Source: Felis catus (lineage: Eukaryota). Taken from it: a DNA stretch of 64,000 nt. The stretch spans positions 26,538,001 to 26,602,000 of the forward strand of contig NC_058383.1 of assembly GCF_018350175.1 (NCBI RefSeq). The letters run 5' to 3'. Below are positions 25,402 to 42,809 of the stretch, piece after piece. Under the pieces are notes generated by a model. The model was not told the origin of the DNA, made no database searches, and was given only the letters and a program-made list of their open reading frames with translations. Within the stretch, counting starts at the first letter, position 1. Each line of letters opens with the position of its first letter. A program made the translations under genes and the position numbers.

Positions 25402-26185
25402 GTAAGAATGAAGGGGAAAACCGATGTACTGAGGAAGAAAATTTTTTAACAACTTCCCAACAATGTTTTTGGAGGGAAGCTTGGAGAAGGGAAACTTAGA
25501 AAAGGGGTTATTTACTGGTAGTAAATATGATATGAGTAACATTTCTCTTTCTGAGTTTGAGTGAAGGATACACATTAAAGGTAGATTTAAAATAAGTTAG
25601 GGGCACCTGGCTGGCTTGTCGGAAGAGCATATGACTCTTGATCTCGGGGTTGTGAGTTCGAGCCCCATGTTGGGGGTAGAGATTACTGAAATAAAAAACT
25701 TAAAAAAAGTTGGGTTTTTTTTTGTTTTTTTTTTTTAATCTTTTAGCATGTTTGAAGCTTTCCTTTGAATTTGCTTAGTAACAGAATCATTTGCTGATAT
25801 GAAAATAGAGACTTGATGAGGAAGCTGGATAGGAGGACACTCAATGGTTTTTGAGGGAGACAAACTGAACAGCAGCACTCACTCTAGGACTTTTTAGGTT
25901 TGATAATGTGCCAAAAATTCTTACTCCAGGTGATATACAATAAATTTGTATAAATGAAAACCAAAACTACTTAGTTTTATTTCACTTTGGTGTATCTGAA
26001 TATATTAAAAGATCACTCTCAATTTAATTTTGAGCAAAATTACAAGCAATTAAATTTTTGTTGACTAATCATGTTTTTAAAAATTAGAGTTTGGTATGGT
26101 TTGAGAATATCAGTTAACTTTTATTTATATGCGCTCTTTACAATTCATGATATGCTTTATTTTACTAAAGTCACTTTCAAAAATA

Positions 26186-26603
26186 GTTACATTCTGGGGC
26201 ACCTGGGTGGCTCACTCGGTTAAGTGTCTGACTCTTGATTTTAGCTCAGGTCATGATCTCACAGCACAGAGCTTGACAGCATGGAGCCTGCTTGGGATTC
26301 TCTCCTTCTCTGCCCCTCCCCTATTAATGTGCTGTCTGTCTCTGTCTCTCTCAAAAATAAACTTAAAAAAAAAAAGATTATAACTATTTTTTTAAGTTTA
26401 TTTATTTATTTTGAGAGAGAGTGTGAGGGTGCGCGGACGAGCGCGAGTGGGATGGACTGAGAGGGAGAGAGAGAATCAATCCCAAGCAGGCTCCAGGCTG
26501 TCAGCAAGGAGCCCAACTCAGGGCTTGATCCCACAAACATGAGATTGACCTGAGCCAAAACCAAGAGTTGGACACTCAACCAGCCGAGCTACCCAGGTGC
26601 CCC
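26186..26603. mobile_element. Convergent (tail-to-tail) Can-SINE pair
   Basis: Sense head at 26186, antisense head ending 26603. Confidence 0.85.
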
Positions 26604-27407
26604 TGTTTTGAAAATTTTCAAATCCATGGGAAAACGTGGACCAGTATAATACCCATATGTCCTTTATCTAGATTTGTTACTTACTAACATTTTGCTACAT
26701 TTGTTTTATTTCTGCACACACAGGAGCGCATACTTTTTTGTTGAACCGTTTGAAAATAAATTACACGCTTCACGATAGTTCACCCTCAACATGCATCTTA
26801 TAAGAATAAGGCTATTCTCTTATGTAACAACAAAATTATTATTATACCTAAGAAAATTTTATTACAGAATGCAGTCCAAATTTAAACTTCTGCCGTTAAG
26901 ATACCTTTTACAGCTTTTGTCTTACCTGACCCAGGATTCCATCAGGACCCGTGTATTGTTTGGTAGCGTGCCTCTGTACTCTCACTCAATTAGAATGGCT
27001 TACATCTTTTTGTTCTTATTTTTGGAATGTTCTACTTTGTGTGTTTGATTGCTCTTTCCTGACTTTAAACATTTTGGTCATGAGTCCTTCATGGGTTCAT
27101 CCTTACTCTTGCAACCCACCACCAGCAGGCACATAACTGCAGATTGTCTTACTGTCAGAGGGAAAGAGTGTTCACCTGGTTGAGGTGATGACCACCAGAG
27201 TCTTCCCATTGTGGAGGCTTGTTTTTCTCCCTTTGTAATTGGTCAGTAATTTGGGCATGATACCTTGACACCTTCTGAATATCCTTTTTTTTAGTATATT
27301 TCACTCAGTGATTTTGGCACCCATTCGTATTCTTTACCCATATAGATTCTAACTGCAAAATGTTAGGTGCTTTTCCAATTCTAGCATTTTTTCTATAGTT
27401 GCAACCT

Positions 27408-27441
<34 letters not shown>

Positions 27442-27637
27442 GTAAAGAAGAGCTTTTCTTTTTAGGAAAAAAAATGGTTTCTGACAGCTGCAAGATAATT
27501 GTATCAGTGGTCTGCCTTACATTTGTTTAAAAAATAGAACGGTATATAGTGGTGACATGAGCCCACATGTCTGTCATTCATGTGTTGGGGCCATGTTAAT
27601 CTCTGTGTCTTTCAAATTTGAAGCAAGCGCTGATATC

Positions 27638-27866
27638 TTTTTTTTTTTTTAATTTTTTTTTTCAACGTTTATTTATTTTTGGGACAGAGAGAGACAGAGC
27701 ATGAACAGGGGAGGGGCAGAGAGAGAGGGAGACACAGAATCGGAAACAGGCTCCAGGCTCCGAGCCATCAGCCCAGAGCCCGACGCGGGGCTCGAACTCA
27801 CGGACTGCGAGATCGTGACCTGGCTGAAGTCGGACGCTTAACCGACTGCGCCACCCAGGCGCCCCC
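27638..27866 (-). mobile_element. Young SINEC_Fc-type SINE
   Basis: Full length, CpG-intact; flanks aagcgctgatatctt / aagtgctaatatctt. Confidence 0.92.
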
Positions 27867-28268
27867 AAGTGCTAATATCTTAAAGCATAAATTACATAAA
27901 ATTTGCTATGGATTTTGAATTGGAGAGTAATTGTAGTACTTTAAGGAAAAGTTTTCCAAGCACATCTTAGTTTTATACTTGAAATATAATCAAGTCCATG
28001 GTATTAAGCAGAGCACTTAGGAATAATGTGAATGGACGTTACTTAGGAAATATTTTAAGAGACATTAAATACGATGAAACAGTACTTATTTTCAGCCTAA
28101 TCTTAGTGGAATGAAATGCTTTCAACTTTATTTGGAGCTAAAACTGTGAACTTTGTTTTCTTTGGTACTATAGTCAATTTTAGATAAAGTTACTAATAAA
28201 TAATGAACCCAGTATGCTTGTTTTCTCTGTGTTTTGAATACTCATGATTTAAAACTTTTATTTTTTAG

Positions 28269-28394
28269 CTTGTAATGACCAGCCTACAGTCCATTCTTGA
28301 AAACGTGGATACACCAGAATTACTTTGCAAATGTGTCAAGTGCATTCTTTTGGTGGCTCGATGTTACCCTCATATTTTCAGCACTAATTTTAGG
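28269..28394 (+). CDS. SMG1: SMG1 exon 7 (126 nt)
   Basis: ttttag|CTT GTA ... TTT AGG|gtgagt; LVMTSLQSILENVDTPELLCKCVKCILLVARCYPHIFSTNFR. Confidence 0.96.
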
Positions 28395-28758
28395 GTGAGT
28401 TCCCTGACCCTCTCTGTTTAGGTGATGATGTGAAGGGTTGGTTGTATGTATAGGGACCTTGGGAATCAGAGAAAACAAAGCTTCTGATTGTTAAAGTGTA
28501 ATCAGTGATACTAGAGGGTCTAGGATAGAATGGTCCAGTAATAACTATTTTTGTAAATACTATCTGTACTTTCTGACATTAATGCCTTAAAATATTTAAA
28601 GAAAAAAAATACTTCCTCAAGGTCATAAACAAAGTTCCATTATTCTCTTGCCCTGCCCCCCCCCCCCCAAGTTTATATAATGTCAAATAGGTCGAACACA
28701 GACACTTTTGCTAGGATTGCTTACTCTGAAATTCTGAAATGGTCCACAGGAGGGATAG

Positions 28759-28968
<210 letters not shown>

Positions 28969-29719
28969 TAATGTAAGAAAAAGAATTGCTTCCCAGAAAT
29001 ATTTTGGTTATTATAAATGAACATTGCTTGTTAGCAAAATCTGTCCTTTCAAAGCAAGATTGTGTACTTAGTAGTTCGTAGGGGAGGGTAGAGATAGGTT
29101 GTAATTGCACCTGTGAGAAATTGAAAGGACTTCGCCCTAGTCACTTGGGGTGGGTGCTGGTAGGAGGTGGTGTTGCAGGGGCAGTACTCCTAAGTGTAGA
29201 ATGAAATCCTGGATATTTGTGACCTGTTTTTCTGGATCCGTTTGGAGAACTCTAAATGATAAAGACAAATTTTTTCATTTGTTTTGAGTTAAATGAATGA
29301 CTAGCACAATTCGTTTGGACATTTTGGCTTGTTTCAGGTGCTAATGGTTTCTTTCTCTTAGCTTAATTGGTGCCATAACCTGCTGAACATAGGATATGAC
29401 ACTGAGAGTGGGTCTGACCCATTTCCACTGGGGAGATGAGTGGACACCTTTGGTGGGTGGTTGTGGCTCTGGAGTAGAAAGCCAGGCTGGTGGTAGATTG
29501 TGGCATTTTACTCTAAGCCACGTGTATAGTGACAATATGAAAAATAAGGACGCAGATAACACATTTTAATTTCTGGAGACTGTTCATTTTTGCAGCGTTA
29601 AAAGACATTGGTAATCATGATCAGCTTATTTAACAGTTAACAGTCCTAATTTTATGAAATAAGGTATTTTTTAAGGATATACAACCTGAAAGTCCTAACT
29701 TTTAAAACAAGGCTTTTAA

Positions 29720-29887
<168 letters not shown>

Positions 29888-29969
29888 TAGAAACCTGAGT
29901 TATTTCCTAAGATTTCAGTTAAGAACAAGACAGAAATCTTAAACAGTGCTAGATTGATTGATTTATTGA

Positions 29970-30432
29970 TTGATTTTGAAGTTTATTTATTTATTTTGAG
30001 AGAGAGAGAGAGAGAATCTCAAGCACGCTCCACACTGTCAGTACAAAGACTGAGTGAGGGGCTCGAATCCACAAGCCGTGAGATCGTGACCTGAGCCAAA
30101 ATCAGAGGTCAGATGCTCAACCGACTGACCCATTCAGACACACGTAGATTTATTTTTAAAATAATTCAGACCACTTGACGTTTGAATAGAAATTACAAGA
30201 CAGTTAAAATATTTTAATTTTTTTTTTTAGATGTGTGTTTTTGTTTTTTAATTTTTAAAGAGTGTGAGCCAGGGAGAAGGGCAGAGGGGAGAGAGAGAGA
30301 GATAGGATCTCAAGCAGGCTTCATACTCAGTGTGGAGCCCAAAGTGGGGCTTGATCCCATAACTCTGGGATCATGACCTGAATCAAAATCAAGAGTCAGA
30401 TGCTCAGCCAACAGAGCCACCCACGTGTCCCT
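29970..30432 (-). mobile_element. Two antisense Can-SINEs
   Basis: (GA)n tracts and reverse-complement heads ending ~30145 and ~30432. Confidence 0.8.
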
Positions 30433-31613
30433 TACATGGTGTTTTTAAGTTACCAGCTGCATTACCGGAAAGACTGAAAGAAAAATAGCAGGACTTATTT
30501 TGCAAAACTTGAAATAATTCTGGTTGCTAGTAGTTTTCTGAAGACATTTTCTGTAGTTCATTTTTATTTTCTGTTACTAAAAGTATTAAAAGTAAAGTGA
30601 ATTGATATTGTATACAAGCCTCTAAAGACTTTTCTTTCACATACACTGAGGATCTTGGGTCATGCTTTGGAGGATAAGCCTTGGCTTCAGCACTCTGCAG
30701 TTGTATAAGTGCAGTGCGTCCACTTTAAGGGTCCTGCTCAAGTCTCTGTTATTGGGTCTTGGGTTTCCTGGCCCACTGCTCATGACTTAAATCGGCCATG
30801 TCCTGTGTGAACCTCTGTGTTTCTTCTCTACTCAGAACTGCCATGATTCTTGTGTGGTGTTTGAGGCTCCCATAATGATTCAGCTTTGTCTTTGCTATTT
30901 TGAGCCTTTCAGAGAAGAATGAAGGGAGTATTTTGCTTGTATGTGTTTCTTTGCCTCCACACTTAGAATATCTTTGTTCCTGGCCTGCCTTTAAAGCTGA
31001 TCTGTATCAGTGAAGCTGCCCATTTTAGTTTGTAACAGTTCTCTCCCCCCCCAACCCCCCTCTGGTATTTATAAGATCTCATTCCCTTCAATTATTTCGG
31101 TGCCTAATTATATGTAGGTGTATGTGGGTTCTAGTATCCTATTTTTTGCCTATCTTTTTCTTTGAGTATATCTTCTCTCCTTAACTAGATTTGTAAACCA
31201 GATTTTATAATTTTTTAACACTTCACTTCCCTTCGCTCTTTGTGTGCATGGTGTTCATGTAGGGATACTTACTGTTGAGTTGAGTGGCTCAAAGAATACC
31301 TGGAGTAAGATTTTGGCAGAAACCAATTCTGGAATGGCAAAAGTTTCTGGCTTCATTTATACCTGTATGTAACAGAGTATATGTACTAGAATTAATTTTT
31401 CCTCAATACCTATCTGAGTTGGTATGAGAAGTTATTTCCTTAATCTGTTGAAGTTATTTTGGCTTATTTAAATATTGGCTTGTTAATTCAAGAAGTCAAA
31501 TTCATTTTTACATTTAGATTCATGTTTCTTTTTCTGGTTTCTGATAGGCTAAAATTACTTTATTTGTAAAAATCTATTACAAAATTAATTGACTTAAAAA
31601 TTGGGAGTTTTTT

Positions 31614-31906
31614 GGGGCACCTGGGCGGCTCAGTCAGTTGGGTGTCTGACTCTTGATTTTGGCTCACGTCATGATCTCATGGTTTGTGGGATTGAGCCCT
31701 ACGTCAGGTTCTGAGCTGACAGTGCAGAGCCTGCTTGGAATTCTCTCTCTTTCTGTCTCAATGAATAAACCTTTAAAATAAACTTTTAAAAATGGGAGTT
31801 TTTTGGTTTTTTTTTGAACAATGTCCTACTTTAAACATTTAAAAAACATTTTTTTTTAATGTTTATTTTTGAGAGAGAGAGCCAGAGCATGAACAGGAGA
31901 GGGGCC

Positions 31907-31944
<38 letters not shown>

Positions 31945-32071
31945 ATCCAAAGCAGGCTCCAGGCTCTGAGCTGTCAACACAGAGCCCAACTCAGGGCTCA
32001 AACCCACGAACTGTGAGATCACGACCTGAGCCAAAGGTGGATGCTCAACTGACTGAGCCACCAAGGCGCCC
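31614..32071. mobile_element. Convergent Can-SINE pair just upstream of exon 10
   Basis: Sense 31614-~31785; antisense 31832-32071 with TSD tgaacaatgtcctactt (31815-31831, 32072-32088). Confidence 0.9.
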
Positions 32072-32117
32072 TGAACAATGTCCTACTTAAATAAGAGTGC
32101 TGTGATTTCACATCTAG

Positions 32118-32360
<243 letters not shown>

Positions 32361-33962
32361 TAACTTGTGAACTGTGTTATTAACTCTTCATTTATTTAGT
32401 ATGTAGGTACATATGTGGCTGCTTTCTTAAATCACCAGGAAAGTAGGGAATCCTGTTGTATCCCTCTTCTTTCCCCACCCCCATATGAGACGAAGGCTAC
32501 ACTGCATTTTAAAATGTGCAAAGTTTTATCTCATGAGATCCTTCATAAATGCATTATTCTTGTTCTTTTAATATTCTTTTAAAATCTTTCATAAAATTAA
32601 TAATTTTGCTTTTCAACTACTGAGTTTAGTTTTTCAGCATAATAAGAATAGTACATTACAGAGAAATCCTCAAAAAGTAATTTTTTCTGAGCATGGCAGA
32701 ATGAAACAACTTGATAGCCTGACATCAAAGGTTATAAAGTTATAAGAAGTTAAATACATAGTAGTGTGAGATCAGTTATAAGAGGCAGTGTGATTGCCCC
32801 TCTTCACCAGCCCCAAACGTGAGCTGCACTGTATTAGTCTAGGGAGTGGCTCTGTCTGATAGAAATGAGAAGGGAAACTGTCACTGGCTGTGCTTGAATA
32901 AGAAGGGAGAAACATGCATGGTGTAGTCATAAAAGGTTAAATGATTAAAATTTTATTGTTAGGATAAAACTCTCATGTTTATTTACTTCTGTTGAATACG
33001 TTGCTAGATAAAATAGGATATTAATTGTATATGTAATTTTTGGTAAGTTAATTGTGTATTTGAGCAGAAATGTCAGATCTTGAAGATAATTAAAACCAGC
33101 ATTTTGATAGTTTAAACCTGAACAAGATGATTTAATATCTTCAGGCTTGATTGTTAGTGTTGAAATAAGGGCAATAAACTCAGATATATAACAAAAGGAT
33201 AGAACAGTCCTTTCCCAGGGTAGTTATATATTTAATATATTCTTTTATGAAGGTCTTTTATGAAGGTCTTCTAGGCCTTTTTAACCTATAGGTTGAAGCC
33301 TGGATGTAGTGATTATTGAATATTACAGAAAAATATACTGTGTCAATTTGTTGGCTTTTTCTTAACTTACTTTTATTAGAAATTTAGTACATTAATAGTG
33401 ATGCTTATTGTTTAGTGGGGTTTTTGGTTGGAAGTTACATGATTTTCATAATCCTCAAATAGGTATTGTATGTTATGAATGAGAGTTTTGTTTCCAAAGA
33501 GGCCATCAGTACATGAACTTTCATAAGCTAAGGTGACTAGGATGTTTAGTTTTAAAAGATTGATTACCAAAAGCCTAAGTGCTTTAATGGAGAAAGATTA
33601 CTTTCATGGCTGGTTTATTCCCATGTTAATACTGTTACTGTTCTCAGTACTGGTGTATTTCATGAATATAAAAATTCTGAGCTTCAGCCATTTGGTCACT
33701 TTAGGTGGGGGAGGGAGGGTGATAGAAATTGGGTATGAAAGAAATAGAGGATGGCAAATTCCATTTTCTGTCACAGTAGTACTTTAGAATTTTTTAGGCA
33801 AGATCATTGTGTGTATTTTACTAAAGATACCCTTGTTATTCAGCCACTGAGAGCTAGAATATTAAGAGACTACTGACAAGGCAGGCAGTTAATTTTCAGT
33901 TCAAACTGCATTAAATAGAAACTATTTTTTTTTACTCTGTGGAAGCATGTGAATTTTTTTAA

Positions 33963-34241
<279 letters not shown>

Positions 34242-34914
34242 TAATATGTTTGTTCATTCAGGCCCTTAAATTAGTGTAGAAGTGAAGGCCTTGGTTGTTG
34301 TTCTTTTAAGAGTGCGTTAATTAGTCGTATTTACATAATCTAGTTTGCTTTTGCTCTGTTATCTGTTTACTTTTAGTGTTTGATCTTAATATAGCTTTTT
34401 TCCCTGTCTCTCTTTTTTTGGATGAAACATTGTCCTTCACATAAGACTATCGAGTACACATGATAAATACTGTATCGGTACTTGATAGCTGTTTTGAAAG
34501 ACCTTGTTCTGTTTTGTTTCCCAAATCAAACTTGTTTTATAGTGTTTATTCTTTCCTTAACCATAAATATTTCCCCTCCTCTCCGTCTTTTATTATGGAC
34601 ATTTTGAAGGGTATTAAAAAAATAGAATAGCATAATGAATCTTTGTATTATTTCTATAATTAGAAACACATGGTCCATCTGGTTTCCTCTAGGCCTCTGA
34701 CTCTCTGTCTTCCTTGCTGTGCTTCCATCCCCAACTGAATTGTTTTAAAGCAAATTGTAGCTGATATTCTGCTGAATATTTCTGCCAATTGCCAATGTAA
34801 AAAAATGCCCATATTTAAGTGTAGATACATGTATCCTATTTAAGTGTCTCAACATTTAAATGTTACAATGTTAAGGACTTAAAATATAGTTTAGATATAT
34901 TACTTTTTTAATTA

Positions 34915-35385
34915 ATATTTTTCAGAATAGTTTTTAAGGTTTTAGAGAAAAATTGAGCGTTAAGTACAGAGTTCCCATACTCTCTACCACAATAGTTCCC
35001 CTCATTATTAACTAATCTTGTTTAGTGATACATTTATTACAATTGATGAACCAAATTGACAGGTTATTAAGTGAGGTCCATAGTTTACCTTAGGGTTCAC
35101 TCTTTGGATTATACATTCTAAGGTTTTGACAAATGAATAATGCCACCATTATAGTATCATACTAAATGGTTTTCCTGCCTACAGATCCCTTGTACTCTAC
35201 CAATTCATCCCTCCCGAATCCTGGTAACCACTGATATTTTTACTGTATACATAGTTTAGCCTTTTCCACGAGGTCTTATCATTGGAATCAGTGTGTAGCT
35301 GTTTCAGATTGGCTTCTTTCTGTTAGCATTTTGCATTTAAAAATGGTTTCTTGTCCTTTTGTGTCTTGATAGCTCACTTCTTTTT
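34915..35385 (-). mobile_element. Old antisense L1 3' UTR relic (L1MC/MD-like)
   Basis: gaaaaattgagc...tacagagttcccata, ccatagtttaccttagggttcactct motifs. Confidence 0.65.
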
Positions 35386-35400
35386 GTTTTATTCTTTTAG

Positions 35401-35544
<144 letters not shown>

Positions 35545-35949
35545 TGAAGAGTTGACCTAAGTTGCCTATTAGGCTACATAAATGAAATTGAGTGAACTAA
35601 ATACTGGATTTAAAATACAATGATTACAATGATGCCTTTAACTTAGTATTTGTTGATTGTCAGACTGATGGGCAGCTATTTTTTTCATATTTCCGTAATT
35701 TGTTTTTATCAAGTTTTATTAAAATTTCATAAAACAAGCAGCTATCTTTTTAAAGTTATAAGTTCAGAAGTACTGTGTATGTCATAAATTTAACTATTAG
35801 CTTTTCAGCTGACTCCCAGTCAGAACCGCAACAGATTTTCCAAGTAGTTGTTGAAAAACCAATTTTAACAAATTGCTCTTTTTGTGTGTGTTTTGATACT
35901 TTTATGAACTCTTAATTTAGAGGACCCTTTCTCTCTAATAAGGTTTTGA

Positions 35950-36019
35950 AAATGTTTAAAATTTATTTAGTTTGAGAGAGCATGCATGAGCGCATGCCAT
36001 GCACGTATGTTTGGGGAAG

Positions 36020-36053
<34 letters not shown>

Positions 36054-36163
36054 CCCAAGCTGGCTCTGCACCATCAGCGCAGAGCCCGACACAGGGCGGG
36101 AGCCCACCCTCTGAGCTGAAGTCAAGAGTTGGACGCTTAACTGACTAAACCACCCAGGCGCCT
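35950..36163 (-). mobile_element. Can-SINE
   Basis: (GA)n plus reverse-complement head; flanked by tgaaaat. Confidence 0.85.
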
Positions 36164-36292
36164 CTGAAAATTTTTATAAACTTTTTGATGCATGTAGGTT
36201 CCTTAAGGTTGGATTTTTAAAGAAATTAAGGTCTCTGATGTTCTGGAAAGTGAATTTCTTGGTCTTCAAATTGATTTGTATCATCACATTAG

Positions 36293-36634
<342 letters not shown>

Positions 36635-37667
36635 TAGTGGCTTTGTTTTAATCTCATTTAAGTCTCTTGTCATTGCATGTTTATTTCATTTACTGTTATC
36701 ATGTCGGTGTGTCTCTGGAGTCAGTGTAGAACAAAGTGCCATATTTAGGACATGCCTGGATAATTAAAATTGACAGGAATATTTTCTTGTCGTTAGATTT
36801 CGTTTTCTTCTTCCTTTCCTTGACAGCCTTTGAAAAGATTTTTTTCACATTTGTTTTATTTTTAGGAAAATGTCTTTTATGAATTTCTGTTGACTCTAGC
36901 TTACCTATAAAAAATTTGTCAACATTTTCTACAGCTCAAATTTCTGTAGTTCTTTTAATACACAGCTCCTTCTTCCCTGCTTTACTCCTTCTGTTCACTA
37001 AAGCTAGTGCTTACAGATGGTTTAACTTTTTGACTGCCTACTTTTCTCTAGGAATACTCATATATTCTTTCTTTTGGGGAAAAGAATAAAGATAACTTTC
37101 CTTTAAGAAATTTGAAGTGACCTTGCTTTTTTTATAATTATTGCTGATATGTATATTTTCCCCTTCTGTTAGACCTTGAGGGATTGAAAAACATTGCTTC
37201 TAATAAAAAATAATAGGATATAATTAAGAGATAAAGTTTCCTAAGAGGGAAGAGAGGGAAAAGCCAACATTGGATGTTTATACTTGCATGCTCTCGTGAC
37301 CAGATTGCCTTGTGTCGCTCCGCGTGTAGCTCCTCTTTTCACTGCTCCTTACGGCAGATGTTGGAAGGAGACAGTAAACTCTACTCGGACCCTAACCTTT
37401 CATTGTTGAGCACTTCTTACTGTATATAGATTTGAGGAGGTTTTTGTCTTGCACTCTGGAAACAGTATGGGGAAGGGACAGTCAGGTGGAATGGAGTATG
37501 TTGGCCGTGGAAGGAAAAGGGAAAGATGGAAAAGGCTTAGAGTGGTACCTTAGGAGGTACCTTTTTTCTCATTGGACAGGGCACCTTGCCATTTGCAGCA
37601 GATGGAAAATTGAGGAGAGGCAGTCTAGTCTAGTATGCTAAAGGGGACCGAGTGCTTTGTTTAGATC

Positions 37668-38086
37668 AGGAATTAGTAGACTTTGGCCCGTGAGCCAAGT
37701 ACAGCTCAATACCTATTTTTGTTTTTCTTTTTAAAAAACAATGTTCATTGACATTTAATTCACATACCACTTAACATTCCCACTTAAATTCACATTCCCA
37801 CTTAAATTCAAGGATTTATAGTATGTATAAAAATAGCATAGTATTGTATGTATATATATACTATATTTACTGTAGTAAATGTGGTATGTAGTAAATATGG
37901 TATGTAGAAAAAGTTTCTGTAAGGAAACTTTTCTGGAAACAGCCACTCTGATTTATGTTTTTGTCCATGGCTGTTTTCTCACCGCCCTGGCAGAGTTGAA
38001 GAGGTGACCATTGTAACAGAGGTATCACCTGACCTGCAAAGTCTAAAATACTTACTTTCTTCACAAAAAGTGAATGCTGACCCCAG
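37668..38086. mobile_element. MER58A-like hAT-Charlie relic with an AT-rich internal insert
   Basis: tggcccgtgagccaa, ggcagagttga, ctgcaaagtctaaaatacttact, tgctgacccc motifs. Confidence 0.6.
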
Positions 38087-38131
38087 GTTTAATGCACTAG
38101 ATTGTTTCTGGATTTAAATCTGTGGTTTTAG

Positions 38132-38380
<249 letters not shown>

Positions 38381-38455
38381 TAATTTTTATGAGGGAAGAT
38401 GGGCACTTGAAAGTGTTGACTTTGGAACTGCTTTTTTTAAAAAAATGAGAGATGA

Positions 38456-38644
<189 letters not shown>

Positions 38645-39086
38645 TAACTAAGTGCTAATTTCATAATATGAGGTGTTCTTAACTTTCATTAACTTAGCTA
38701 CATAATTTGAGGATAAGAAATCCAGCCTTAAGGCAGTGGGGTAGAGCAGCCTCTTCGTTACGACACACTTGAAAATACAGCTTTATTATTTAATCCAGGA
38801 TTTCTTGTTCTTTCCTGAAAGAATTGAATGAAACCTCCCTGCCTGCAGTTGTGTAGAAGAATGTACCTATACAGATTTTTTATATTCTGTGCTACACCTT
38901 CTGGTTTGGGGAGATTTTCTTAAAAGGCATTCAACTTTTTGACAAAGGAATTTCTATAGTTTGAATTTTTGTTTTCTGTTGCTTGAGATAGTTAAAAAGC
39001 CAAAAGCAAACCAATGTAAGAAGAATAGATTATTTTAAAGCTTTTCTTTCTCTCTTTCTCTCTTTCTCTCTTTCTCTTTAATGTAA

Positions 39087-39242
<156 letters not shown>

Positions 39243-39379
39243 TGATTTTTAAAGATTTTGTTAATCTACACTTGAAAGGGGTCTTTAGTAAAATGAGAGA
39301 AAGATAGTCACTTGAACATTTTCATAACATGAAATGTATAATTCCCATCTCGGGGCAGATGCATAATCTGTCTTAGCTT

Positions 39380-39623
39380 TTGTTATTTTTTTTAATGTTT
39401 GTTTATTTTTGAGAGAGAGAGAGAGAGAGAGAGAGAGGCAGTGTGTGCATGCGTGCATGTGGGCAGGGAGGGACAGAGAGCGAGAGAGACATAGAATTGG
39501 AAGGAGACTCTCGGCCCCAAGCTGTCAGCACAGAGCCTGACGCAGGGCTTGAACACACAAACTGTGAGATCATGACCTGAGCCAAAGTCGGAACCTTAAC
39601 CGACTGAGCCAGCCAGGTGCCCC
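39380..39623 (-). mobile_element. Can-SINE
   Basis: T tail, (GA)n, reverse-complement head. Confidence 0.87.
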
Positions 39624-39943
39624 AAATTTTGGTATTCTTAATACATGAAAAATAAATTGTTTTTAAGTGGTTGTCACATTTTTAATCTTACAAAAATATT
39701 TATACATTCCATATACTTTTGAAATTTCCTTCAGAAAAAGGTTTGGGTGAAGACTAGTAACTTTAAGTGGGTTTTATTGAACGTATCGTTTTCCCAGCTG
39801 TTACTGCCAGTGATGGTTCTAGGCAGGAGCAGTGCCTAGTCCGTAGTGTGGGTGCTCACTATTTGTTGAACGAGTGAGTGTGTTCAGGAAGTTATGATGT
39901 AATGGCATGTGATTTCTTGTGGCAAACTGAAAGTATCTTTTAA

Positions 39944-40285
<342 letters not shown>

Positions 40286-40659
40286 TAACTGCCTAGTAGT
40301 CCTTCAGTTTAAGAAACGACAAATTGCCTATTAGTGAATCAGTGTCACATCTTGTGTGGCACTTCTCAGTGACTGAAGACATGTCAAAGGATCAAATTGT
40401 CCAGGTCTAGAAGAAAGAAACAAAGTTTAATATTTTTTATAAACTTAGAAGCTTATGGTAATAAGTACCGAATAATTTATATAATAGGGTGCCAAAATGT
40501 GTTTCTTAGTAGTTGAGTTACTTGAAAAACTCAACTGTAATCTTTATTTTTTACTAGGTTGATTTTGAAACTGTAATATTTCAGTGTCTGTTTTGAAGTC
40601 TGTTTTATTTTTTTACTTCTGCATTTAGTTGGCAAGGAAATAGCCCGTTTACAGTATGA

Positions 40660-40857
<198 letters not shown>

Positions 40858-41315
40858 TAAGATTTTCTTTGACTCTTTCATCTGGGAAAAGCAACTTAAA
40901 TGTCCTTGAATATCTTGACCCTACACCCATTTTTGGAGAGAATATGTCAGGAGTGGCAGAATAGAAAGTGATATCTTCTCAAATGGGTTATTTTAGTTTC
41001 CAGCAGTAGGAAGAATTGCTTCGAAGATAGCATCTGAAGAAACAAAAATGGGCTTTAAAATTGAGTGATGAAATATGTTTGACAGTTAACTATTCTGACT
41101 GAGTCATTAATGCTTGAGGAGAGGCCTGGGGACATAGTCATTCTGCAGGTGCTGAGTTGCAGTGAATGTTTTATCCTGATAGCCAAATTCTCATGGGCCA
41201 TTTACCGTAATAATCCTTCCACATCGTACCCCATCCTGTTTTAACTGTAAAAGACCTCCTCAGCATGAAAGGTAGGGATATAATGCTTCTCAGTGTTAAG
41301 GGTTTTGCCTTTTGA

Positions 41316-41930
<615 letters not shown>

Positions 41931-42276
41931 GCCTTTAAAAACAAAAGGGTTTCTTATCTTTGTTCAGAGATTTGAGGTTATATGCTTTTTTTATTCCTCA
42001 ATAATTGATCAGTCTTTCAGATAATATTTGCTAAAATAACCTTTCATTGAATAATTGTGTTGACAACAGCATGGATGTCTTTTTTTGTTAAAAAAACTAG
42101 GGGATTTGTGTTAAAACGTTTTTCCCCCTAAAATAAAAGACCTTTAATGTTGTGAATTTTGTTTTTAAATGGTAGGTTAGAGAGGATGCTTGACAAATAG
42201 GAATTTGTGAAATTATCTCTAACTTCTAGAATCTTTAGAGATGTCTTTTAAATATGGAATTCTGTCTTTGCTTTAA

Positions 42277-42504
<228 letters not shown>

Positions 42505-42557
42505 TAGCAGTTTCATGGTCAAGCCTGGCAGTGTGTGCAGAGCTGAAATCCCAGTAG

Positions 42558-42809
<252 letters not shown>

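Noticed and set aside
37755..37910. Short tandem duplications (cacattcccacttaaatt; gtagtaaat.tggtat) and similar at ~33243
   Set aside because: Two to three copies in low-complexity intron; ordinary slippage.
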